The notes under the pieces: model-generated | What the model saw: only the letters and a program-made list of their open reading frames with translations | The model's database searches: none | Told to the model about the DNA's origin: nothing | NCBI GenBank assembly: GCA_002633005.1 | Contig: NMRA01000453.1 | Coordinates: forward strand, 186,001-250,000 | Source of the DNA: Phoronis australis | Taxonomy: Eukaryota; Animalia; Phoronida | DNA length: 64,000 nucleotides | Direction: 5' to 3' | Part shown: positions 1 to 10,700 of the stretch, piece after piece | How the letters are laid out: every line of letters begins with the position of its first letter | Numbering within the stretch: the stretch's first letter is position 1 | Position numbers and translations under genes: made by a program

Positions 1-132
1 ACAGAATGCACTCTTGACTATGAACATTGATGAAATTGTATTCCACTATGAAACAGAATGCACTCTTGACTATGAACATTGATGAAATTGTATTCCACTA
101 TGAAACAGAATGCACTCTTGACTATGAACATT
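1..132. repeat. 52-bp tandem repeat running into an assembly gap; a further single copy at ~607-660
   Basis: Unit TTGATGAAATTGTATTCCACTATGAAACAGAATGCACTCTTGACTATGAACA recurs at 27 and 79 (period 52); Ns at 133-441. Confidence 0.9.
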
Positions 133-441
133 NNNNNNNNNNNNNNNNNNNNNNNNNNNNNNNNNNNNNNNNNNNNNNNNNNNNNNNNNNNNNNNNNNNN
201 NNNNNNNNNNNNNNNNNNNNNNNNNNNNNNNNNNNNNNNNNNNNNNNNNNNNNNNNNNNNNNNNNNNNNNNNNNNNNNNNNNNNNNNNNNNNNNNNNNNN
301 NNNNNNNNNNNNNNNNNNNNNNNNNNNNNNNNNNNNNNNNNNNNNNNNNNNNNNNNNNNNNNNNNNNNNNNNNNNNNNNNNNNNNNNNNNNNNNNNNNNN
401 NNNNNNNNNNNNNNNNNNNNNNNNNNNNNNNNNNNNNNNNN
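133..441. other. Assembly gap (N run)
   Basis: Run of N characters. Confidence 0.99.
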
Positions 442-1299
442 AAAAAAAAAGATTACAACTCTAACTGCAATTACAAAGCAAAGAACGACACTTATGTTCA
501 TTTGAGGAACCACACAGAAAAGTGAATATTGCAAAACTTATTTTCAACAAAAATATCTGACAAGTATGTAATAAATATAATTGTAGCTCAACATCACAGC
601 TTGTCATTGATGAAATTGTATTTGACTATGAAACAAAATGCACTCTTGACTATGAACATTTTTGCATTCATAAAATGCAACTAGAAACTCAAACCCATGA
701 CTGAAATTTATGTTCCGGTATTGAAAACGACTTTCTTCAAAAGCAATGTGTCTGCACGATCTTAAACTTTGTTTGAATAGAAATCAGTTCCCATAAAATG
801 CCTAGAGCTCCCCTGGTGGTCATACTGCTTCAGTGGCTGAGACTAACCAGTCATGACATGCAAACTTCATCAATTTGATCGTTTAGAAATGAACGAGTTG
901 TCAGTTACTCTCAAGCCCAGAAATCATTTTCTAATCTGAGTAAAGAACAAGGTGAGACTGAATTTAAAACAGTGAGAGGCCAACTGGCAACTGGCACGTT
1001 TATGGCCCTCTTAATTGATTTGTCAGTTAATCAGAAAACCAGCCCACTGAATTCAGTCATAATGACATTAAAGGAAGGCTTTAGAAAAAGCAAACACCTG
1101 AGCGTGGAAATATATACTTTCGTGCAAGAAAAACTTAAAATTTATTCAAAAAATAAACTTTTCCTAATCTAATCTATCCCCGAGCAGGATCACATGCTCA
1201 GCCATTACATTAGCCCATACTTGCTGAATAGTTTGAGAAATTCAAAATATGCACCCATGACCACAAGTAACCTAGTTAAGCTGAAACAGAATACAGATA

Positions 1300-1458
1300 C
1301 CGTAATCGTTCGGGTTAACGCCCTGGGCGGTTAAATTGGCGAATCCAAAAAATCGGGGGAGGGCGGTTAACCGAGCAGTGGGCGGTTAAATCGAAAATCC
1401 ACCTAAAGTAGGGGATGGGCGGTTAACTGAGCATGGGCGTTAACCCGAACGATTACGG
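1300..1458. mobile_element. Tc1/mariner(pogo)-type MITE, 159 bp, TA target-site duplication
   Basis: TA|CCGTAATCGTTCGGGTTAACGCCC...GGGCGTTAACCCGAACGATTACGG|TA: perfect ~24-bp TIRs and internal GGGCGGTTAA repeats. Related termini at ~59808 and ~60388. Confidence 0.85.
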
Positions 1459-2483
1459 TAATTCTAGGGGGTTAATTCTGACATTTTCAAATGTTTAAGT
1501 GTTAGTTTTGTATAGTTTCTGTTTCTAAATATAATTTGACAAAGACAGATGGATTTCCATGAAAATCGTCAACTTTTTGTGACAACTGCCCAACCGCCTT
1601 AAAAGTGTTAAGATACACCAGAACTTTTCAAGTGTCAGTTTCACCAAAAATCAATCTAGGGTTTTATGAAATGTACCCATTTTAATATTCTTGGTGGAGG
1701 TGACTATCTACACTTTCATTATAGATAATTCCAAAGAAACCAGATTGATATAAAACCACGCAACAAATTTTATATAAAAACAAGACAAGGTATCATCAGC
1801 GGGCAGTGGCAGATTTTGAGGGGGAAAGCTAAAATTCTTTCCACTAGGAGGTTACAGCAGAGATGATAAAGTATCAGTGTGTAGTCAAGGCATTTTTTAT
1901 AAGAAAACCCATTTTCTGTAAAAGGCTTGGCATCGTCAATGTTTAGAGTACTGCTAAATGTGCAGTTACAGATACAGTACAGCCACTGAATTATTAGACT
2001 TCGTCCCGGCAGCAATGAGCAAAAAACAGATGTGTTGTCTGCAATAGTCATGTTGTCATGCATCGACAATCATACTACTTACAGACAAGTGGTTATAGGA
2101 CGTGAACCTGTGGAACAAGATTTGGAATAAATTTTGCAAAAACAAAATGATACGTGTGGTAGTTACAAGGTCCAACGAAGTAAAAGATAAATTAAATGTG
2201 TGTGATTTTCACCAACAAAGCGATCAATTGAGCCCACTGCAAAATCATGTCAGCATGCAGACACGAGCTTTTGCTGAGGGACCACGCTGTGTGACCCAAT
2301 GACCAAGAACATTATTTGCATATGACATGGGCATTTATTAAAAGAGTAGCATTGCTTGTTCTAAGTGGCGTTATCAAATAGCAGACTTCTAAAATTTGGG
2401 AGTGCCAATATTTGTGAAAGTCACATGAATGGAACAGAATGAGTCTTTTACAATCTATGAACGTTTCGTAACAATATTGCTTA

Positions 2484-3302
2484 GGGCTGTTCCAGCAAAA
2501 TCTGTATGGGAGGGGGGAAGGCACTTTTATTTCGTACCCACCGCCCATATTTTTCATTTATTTCTCCAACCCATGGCCCATAATTTTTTAATTATTATTA
2601 ATAGGTTAAAGTATAAAATCCAACACTTGCAAACAAATTGCCTCCAGGAGGACCTGTTAAGAACTTAGATGATTGACAGACAAGAACTAGTTGTCTTGTC
2701 CAATATTGTCAAAAACTAAAGTAGCCTGTGAGCAATACTTTTGGCAGCCACCAGGTGTTTCTGTTCACCATGTGTCTATAATTTCAATGAACATTTTTTC
2801 AATTATAAGGATCTATGAATCTCAAACTGTCTCCACGAACTCTTTTATACTTCTATGTCAAGTGAATATTGGAACTTGTTTATCTTACTCCTCATACTTT
2901 TTATTTAAAAATCATCAATTTTCTTATATGTGTTAACACCAGTTTAGTGTTACATAACTATTCAATTCAGTAGGACTGCAGACAAACAGTTGGTTCAAAT
3001 CAAGTTGCCCATGACTTGATTAATGGCCTAGTGAACATATTGCACTCTGTTCACTGGCAATATGGGCTTTTTTGTGTTGGGATAAGTTAGGACATATGCT
3101 AATTGCATTTTTTTGAGTTTTGATGGCTGAAGTAACCAACCTGTCAAAATAAACAGGTCAATATATACCACCCGGTTTTAATGCATCACTTCTTACAGGA
3201 ACGATCACCCATAATTTGACTTTTTTTCTGAAGACCACCACCCATGAATTTTTATTTCTACTGCTGTCCCCCCCTCCCACACGGATTTTACTGGAACAGC
3301 CC
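2484..3302 (+). mobile_element. PIF/Harbinger-type MITE, copy 1 (819 bp)
   Basis: TIRs GGGCTGTTCCAG(C/T)AAAATC..., flanked by TTA (2481-2483) and TTA (3303-3305). Near-identical inverted copy at 23838-24660. Confidence 0.88.
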
Positions 3303-4235
3303 TTAGCAGAATATTGCAAATTTCTTTGAGAATTTTATTTGACAAATCTGTTAACTGGCAGATAGCACATGAAGGAAAAGCTGTATTTTGACTGCAGTGT
3401 GATTGTCCCAAAAGCAGTTTTTTTGGTCGTAGCTAGAAGCAGAAAACCACTAGTTTTCAACCTTAGAATTGGAAACCAAGAATCAACAGTCACAGAAACT
3501 AATAACGGGCACACAAATAATGCCCCAAGTAGGTAGTCACCTGAACCTTTATTTTTCAAAAAAACATAAATTTTTGTTGAGATCCCGTGACATCTATAAA
3601 AGAGTATTCTCTAAATTAACACGCAAATTCACATTGATTAGATGTAAAATAGTGTCTAAGATTTTCTGTTGATGCCTTTTGCTCAAGAACTTGGCTGTCG
3701 GTGAGAGTTCAGAAATTTCAACTATTTTTGAGTTCTTCACATGTAACAGCAGATATCTTGGGCTTAAATGTCTTAAATTGTTAGAAAATCAAAACCACAT
3801 ATAGCTAAAACTAATTTTATTAGAATTTTGTTAGTATTAATGTCAATAAAAGTCTTTTTCATGTCCATGAAAGGTACCTCAGCTGCTCTATGTGATAAAC
3901 AGCCATTTATAGCAACAATAAATCAAACGTTTTATTATTTTTGTATATACAATATGCTATGCTCATGGATTTTGGGAATACACAATTTTAAGAACACGTT
4001 AAAAATTAGTACTTAAAGTAACCGAAGAAAAGTGAGAACTGATAATGAAGGCATGCAATTAATTCAAAAACACTTTTTTCATGAGAACCATTTTAAAGTG
4101 CAGTATTGACTTTACACCACACACAGGCGGATGAACGTGCAAATTCCAGGATCTGCCCCTAGTGGTTGTCCAGTCTTCAGAAAACAAGTATAGACATATG
4201 AGAGAAAAATAAGAAAAGAAAAAATATCTACTCAC

Positions 4236-6309
4236 CTTAGTTGCAAACATGACCCAAGATGTAGCAACCCAGAAGGGGGAATAAAAACCATTAAAGTACA
4301 CAAACATCTGAAGTGGTAGACTGGAAACGTACTCAGACCCTGAAATGCAAAGTACAGTTACTAAATACATGTATATCAATGGGTATAGAGCCTGAGTCAG
4401 GCGGACTCAGTCACTGGTACTACAATATATGTGCATATTTAAGAACATGTACTCACAATTGACAGTGTACCCATAGTTTTCGTTGAATAAACAAGTATTT
4501 AATGGTCTAACCCATTACATGGAATTCCGTCTCAGACGCAAACAGATTGCACTGTGTGCGTGCCAACTTGTTTACTGAATACTGCATGTGCAAAATCTTA
4601 CTTTTTTGAACGCGGATAATAACAAGTTAAAGCAAGGAGGTAGACGACTAGCAAGTTTTTGACAAAAATTCAAAATATGAAGCAGAAATATAAATTAAAT
4701 AGCACTGAGTATTCTTAAATTTAATTACATTGAATTACCGTACTATTTGCCAGGAAATCACTGCGAATTCTACAAAATACCACAAAATGTACATGGCAGT
4801 GCAAAACATAGTAAAGAGGTGTCGAAAATGGGCAGAGTTGCTATTAGCCTTTGCGCAAAGCTGTATATTAAATATGCCTCGCACCGACTAAAACATCAAA
4901 GTCACGTTGTTATAAATACCTTTTGCGCATAGAGGAACACCTTAGGAGGTTGTCGATGTGTTTAATTCCTTCCAACTCGAACAAATACTCCCGTTATCAA
5001 ACTTTCTTCGAGCAGTACCTATTTCAGTTCCCAAAATCGTGAACTCAACATTTTCACTCGGCGCATGCCAAGAGATATGACGTCATTTTTAACCGGGCCG
5101 AAGGTCAGAAGTTGTGATCCTACAGGTGAACTTTGAAAGCTGAAGTCCCCGCCCTTTGCGTATGTGATGCCGGGAACCAGCCGTGCATTTGCACAAAGAC
5201 TATAAAATGTCATATCAACAGCATTTATTTTTATCAAATACAAACAATAATTCATTGAAATACAATCAGTTTCAAGTAACGCCAATTAAAGACAAGTAGT
5301 GGTGGCATTTTGGAAACGAACATTTGACTGACAAGACCGCAATGGCTCACCTTTGGCCTATTTAAAGATTGAGGTCATGAAGTCACAATACCTAGCGAGC
5401 GCGGTAAAATTGGAGCGTGCGCAGTATAAAAAATGGTGAGTTCAGGATTTTGGGAACTGAACGAGTGACTGCTCGAACAAAAAGTTCGATAACGGAAGTA
5501 TTTGTTCGAGTTGGAAGGAATTAAACACACCGCCAACCTCCTGAGGTGTCCCTCTATATATGCAAAAGGTATTTATAACAGTGTAACTTTCATGCTTTAG
5601 CCAGTGTGAGGCATAATTCGCCGAAAAGCTTCCGGCGTATTTAGCGCCTATAGGAGCTGCATCGCCTCTGGTCGGGCCAACAGAGGTGATGGTCATTGCC
5701 CAGTCACTGCCACTGGTAGGGAGGACAATCAAAAAGTAGGTCACGGTGCCCCATATCTGCCTCCGTGTAAAACCCACGTCGGTAAATTACCCGATTTCAG
5801 ACTTCAAAGTTAACTATAAGATAATTTTGTGTTATAAATCGTTACCTTAGTCTTTATTTATAAGTTTGTAATCTTTTTGTCTCAAATTATCGCTGATAAA
5901 TCATTTTCTGTAAGCTTTTTTTAGCGCACGATTTTCCGCCGTGCGATCAACTTTCGAAAAAGTACCTCTTGTTCCNGCCAGTGTGAGGCATAATTCGCCG
6001 AAAAGCTTCCGGCGTATGGAGCGCCTATAGGAGCTGCATCGCCTCTGGTCGGGCCAACAGAGGTGATGGTCATTGCCCAGTCACTGCCACTGGTGACTGG
6101 GCCAGTGACTGACACAGGTCTAGCTGGATGCACATCACTGCATCAAGTATACGTGAAGTTTGCAACTAACCAAACTTTTTTTTAAATAGTGGTTACAATA
6201 TATTACCCTCTCGCATCATAAGTCTTTCGCGAGCATCGCCAGGATCTTTTGAAACTGGAAAAACAACGTTGGTAAAGTTGGTCATTGCTTTTCTCATAGT
6301 CGCCGCCAT
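4236..6309 (-). CDS. TMEM17: Transmembrane protein 17 (ciliary transition-zone protein), 5' part. Coding exons 6309-6207 and 4339-4236; the remaining exons were not found in this window
   Basis: Spliced translation MAATMRKAMTNFTNVVFPVSKDPGDARERLMMREG/SEYVSSLPLQMFVYFNGFYSPFWVATSWVMFATK, with GT-AG sites and a phase-1 join. It resembles human TMEM17 as I recall it (VRQRLGNFSRAVF...EMVSSLALQMSLYFNTYYFPLW...MLHMK). Confidence 0.88.
4840..5655. mobile_element. Foldback-like non-autonomous element with ~200-250-bp imperfect inverted arms ('TTCCTTCCAACTCGA' family)
   Basis: 4870-5070 is the reverse complement of ~5412-5620. Same-family arms occur at 6820-7112, 50610-50856 and 63690-63778. Confidence 0.7.
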
Positions 6310-6627
6310 TTTTATTAGTGGTCATGTGATGTAAACAAAAAACTAATACGTTTTAATAATTTGAGTTAATTTCTATAAAATGATATTTTATTAAAGATAA
6401 TAGAAATATAATACATATTAATAGCTAATATTGTACTTTTTTGCAGAAACATTGCTTTATTTCTTGTATATTAATATTGTGTGTGAGAGGTGTTTGAGAG
6501 TTTTGCAAATTGACCAATCATAAAGCAGTACAAAAAGCGGTACGTGTTTGACTTTCAAATCTGTCCCTTTAATTTATTCTCCTCCTTCAAGCTCAAACTA
6601 ACGCACAGTTTGTGGTGCAAGGAACAC
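6310..6627. promoter_or_regulatory. Bidirectional TMEM17/SPAG5 promoter and putative non-coding first exon of SPAG5 (donor after 6627)
   Basis: TMEM17 ATG at 6309 in AAAATGGCGGC context; forkhead-type GTAAACAAA 6331-6339; CCAAT at ~6514-6518; TTCAAA (reverse CHR TTTGAA) at ~6554-6559; strong donor AC|GTAAGT at 6627/6628; next acceptor at 7747, 5 nt before the SPAG5 ATG. Confidence 0.65.
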
Positions 6628-6819
6628 GTAAGTATTATGCCAGTTTCTTCACATGTTTGCCATCCATACCTGAACTGAAAGGTTGAGAAGTGGAATTCAA
6701 TTACCAACCAGGCACTGCAACACGACTACACGTCGTAGGCGGTAGACCACCGTGTCTAGCTGGCCCCAGTATACTGGCAGTAGGCATCTATAGACCCACA
6801 GACTTTGACTTTATACTGG

Positions 6820-7112
6820 GTATAGGAGCTTCATACACCGTAAACTTTTTGGAGAATTATTCCTCACACTGATTAAAACACGTTGTTATAAGTACCTTTT
6901 GCTCATAGAGGGACACATAAGGTCATAAGGAGGACGTTGATGTCTTATGTTTAATTCCTTCCAACTCGATCACATCAAGTAAGGAACTTTAATTCCTTCC
7001 AACTCGATCAAGTAAGTCAAATAGTTCCGTTATCACACTTTTTCGTCGAACTGTCCTTCATTCAGTTGCCCAAATCAGCAAAATAGGAGTGGGCACAGGG
7101 GAAATGACGTCA
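6820..7112 (+). repeat. Arm of the 'TTCCTTCCAACTCGA' interspersed family
   Basis: Aligns by eye with 4870-5085 and 50610-50856; contains a small internal duplication (TTTAATTCCTTCCAACTCGATCA twice). Confidence 0.75.
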
Positions 7113-7752
7113 TATCGAGAACCTTTTGTCTTGATTTTGTGGCCAAATATTGACTCTTCTGAAAAACATTTTAAAATCATACAAAATTTTCCTCATTGGT
7201 CTCATGAGCCATGACTATGAGGTCATGTGATTAAAAACTTCCCATGAAGTTTAGGATCATTTGTAACTCACAAAGTCAAGAGTCAAATTTTCGAATATAA
7301 TTAACCCAAAGGGGAATTGAGGGTAATACAGGCACCTTGCCCCTCAGGTGAGCAAAGGCCCTGGCAGGTGAGCCAGTCTTTCCTTGGCCATATCCAACTT
7401 GCTGATTGCCACCTGAAAGTATGATTAGATTCTGAACCATTGTTTGGACCTTGGTTCAGTGGCTGATGAACTTTCTTTTAGTGTTTGGAATGCAAATTTC
7501 CATGTTTAACAACTTTTTTGAGGTGAATTGCTCATCTATTCATATCATTGCTGAATCCAACCTTTAATGTAAATTGATGTACAAGTTAACCTAAATTTTT
7601 GACTTACTACAAATGCTTACCGGTGTTATGTCTTGAGTACTGAGTAGGAGGAAACATCTGATGTAGAATTTTTTTGATTGGGAGTGTGCTGCTCATCCTT
7701 CATGCTGCATTGTGTTTTGTTTCATGTTTGAGTTTTGTTGTTTTCAGTTACA

Positions 7753-10700
7753 ATGTTGCAGTTGCAACCAGGAAAGGAGAATAGACGCAGCATTGGTCAA
7801 GTAGTCACAAAATTCTCTGTAAGTTTGGTTGTGCATCCCTGTAAGTTCCTTTTCTGTTAAAATTTTGTGAGAATTCATTATTAACCCCTCTCTTCTCAGC
7901 TTCTGTGGAAATTTGGCTTTGGAATTTTGATTATCTGTTGAAATGCTATGGGATGTGAAATAAATTAAAGAATCACAATGATTTTTCCCCTTGACTCATT
8001 GCGCCCACATATTTACATGTGGGTGTATATTGCTGTCATCTCTGCCTGGGCATTTGGGCGTTCGGCGTCTGCTGACTCTATTTCTTAAATGCCTTGCAGA
8101 AACTTATTGAAATTTGGCAGGCACGCTCCTATGAAGCTGACGACAGATAATGAGCTTAAGACAGATCCGACTACCTCTGTGCACCCTATTGGCAATTGTT
8201 GGTGGATTATCATGAAATTTGGCCAACAGGTTTTATCAAGAAGACAACGATGCAATTTCATTTTCGGATGGATTTGACATATTTGATGCCACTCTGTTCT
8301 TCTGTTATCTTTTGTGTCCTTTTTCTTGCATCTCCCTCTCTTTGTGCCAAACCGCTCAAAGGATCATAAAAATTTACAAATGTGTTCCTGATGAGAAGGC
8401 CAGGAACGATGTTGGTTTTTGAATGGATATGGCTACCATGTCGACCTGTAGTAGAGATTTTTTCCCATCTTAGGCCAAATCTCCATAATCCTTTGAAGGA
8501 GCTTTGTAAAATTTAAAAGTCTTGTTCCTAAGAAGTGGACAACAAATGGTAACGAATCTCGAACTGATCCGAATACCTTTGTGCCCCCTCGTGGCAGAGA
8601 TGTCATTTTTAGTTTCTATTAAGGAGGTGGCAATGTCTTCCCGTTTTCCGATACTTTTGATTTTTTATGCCACCTGTTGGCCATTTAGAAAATTTTCCAT
8701 ACACTTTTGACATTTGCTTCTCTGTTTGCCAATGAAACCAGTCAGAAGATTGTTATGAAAAGTGCCGATAATGTTCCTAATGTAAAGGCAGGCTTTGACT
8801 ACTCTGGTGCCACTAGGTGTAATTTTGCGTTTCTGTGTCTACCGCTACACGCTTTGAAGGATCTTTGCGAAATTTGGCAGATGTGCTCCTAAGGAGACGG
8901 CAATAGATGACGATGTGGTTCCAACCAATTGGACTATAGCTGTGCCCTCTAGTGTTAACTTTATTTTTTTACATTCGCCTCTCTATATCCTTATACCTCC
9001 TTGGCTTATTTTCATGAAGTGGTTGCGTTAGAGAGATGACACCACCTTCCCAATTCTAATGGCCGGTTTTGTGATACTTAAACACCGGTAGATGCTCAAC
9101 ACTTGTGGTGCTGTCATGGGCACGTTTCAACGCTTTACGTTACTCTTGTATATAGTTTGGTACAACTTATCTATATATTGCAGTCCTTGTTATTATTATT
9201 TGAATTTAAACTGTTTATTGTAGCAGAAGACAAAGATGGATGAAACAGTGGTGCGCACTCCACTGAGGGACGTTAATCGAAGAGCAATGCCTGCTTCAGC
9301 CAAAAAGTCAACAAAGCTGTTTACACCCTTGAGGACGCCTAGTGGACGGAAGGGGAAGCATGTAACTAAAAGGTAAAAATGCTCTAACATTCTTGACCTG
9401 CTTCACTTGCTGAAAATCCTAAAGATTAGCAACAGTTTTGTTTACCTTAAAGCTGGATACAGTGTCTTCTGCAAAAGTCTTATTGTTTTGCTATGGATGC
9501 CCTCTTGGAGTTATTTATATGAGGAGATATAGTGTTGCTCATTTTATATTTTGCTTGGAGTTCCAGTAGCTTTGCATTTTTATTTTTATTCATCACTGAA
9601 ATTGTTTTCCAGTTTGTAGAAATTGGGAAAATTGTGAAGGTACCGGTTACATACTGCTGGGCATTGTTGTTTAAGACGGAACAATGCAAATTATGGAACA
9701 TATACTTTTGCAGTTCCCAGAAGTCGACCAGTATCGCTGCCATGGATGTATACTGTGATGATGCTTCAGCTACACCAAAACAGACACAACAGTGCCATTC
9801 ACACAAGAAGGCTGGTCTTACTCAGCATCGCGTCGCTCAGACCCCAAAGCACGTGGTCTCACTCAAAGATGTATGTCAGTCACAAACTGTCTGCTCCCCT
9901 GATAAAGTGCCAACAAAGTCGGCGCAAGGTGAATTATCCCAAGTTGCTCCCGTTATAACACTCAACGATGGCCCATCACCCATAGTTACACCACCAGAGT
10001 TGTTGAGTAGTCTTCTCACAAGGGTTCATCTTGACGACTCTCTGGACATTAAAAGTTTGGTCTACGAGAAAGTGGTCAACATTGTGGACAAGCTACAAAA
10101 TGTAAGTAGTGTCCGCCCGGGGCAACCTGTTGCCCGTGTATATCGCTGAATGAGGATTCCTTTTCCTGTTTATGAACGTTCCTTTTCCCTTTTCCTATTT
10201 ATGAACGAGTGTTTTCAAAGCTTCATTCTTTTTTATGTGCCCACATATTATGTATGTGGGTGCATATTATCGTCATCTCTGATGATGAATGACGACGAAT
10301 TTCAGACCGGTCCGACTACTGGTGTGCCACCTAGTTTCAATTTTAGATTTACGTTGTATCTTCAAAGGTCCTCATCGGATTTTCATGAAAATTGGCATAT
10401 AGGCATCAGTTAGTGAGATGACACTATCCTCCTGTTTTCAGATGGAGTCAAGGTATTTTGCACCACATAGTGGCCATTTTTACTGTTTTCTAGTCTGTTT
10501 TTTGAAGTACCATCCATCTATCTATCAAACCTCTCTAAGGCATAATTATATGTTCTTAATGTGAACAGGACGGTTTACGATCATTTTCTGACGATTTCGA
10601 ATACTGTGGCGCCTCCTAGTGACAGTTTTTGTGGCCATAGCTGTATCTGATAAACCCACTGCAGGGTGTTTATTAAAATTAGCAAATGTATGAAGTTGAC

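Noticed and set aside
27-534. Long ORFs at the window start
   Set aside because: They run through the N gap and a 52-bp tandem repeat.
807-822. CTCF-like motif on the minus strand (CCACCAGGGGAGC)
   Set aside because: One base short of the core spacing; a weak single match.
2083-2107. 25-nt minus-strand segment with good AG/GT sites as TMEM17 exon 3
   Set aside because: In the required phase 0 it reads VHVL*, and it does not resemble the expected Y..LP.YYK...RLYLGY.GNL.EK segment.
2691-2936. 81-aa ORF almost identical to 24212-24457
   Set aside because: Both lie inside copies of the same MITE; TTG start, no transposase motifs. The identity reflects the DNA repeat, not protein conservation.
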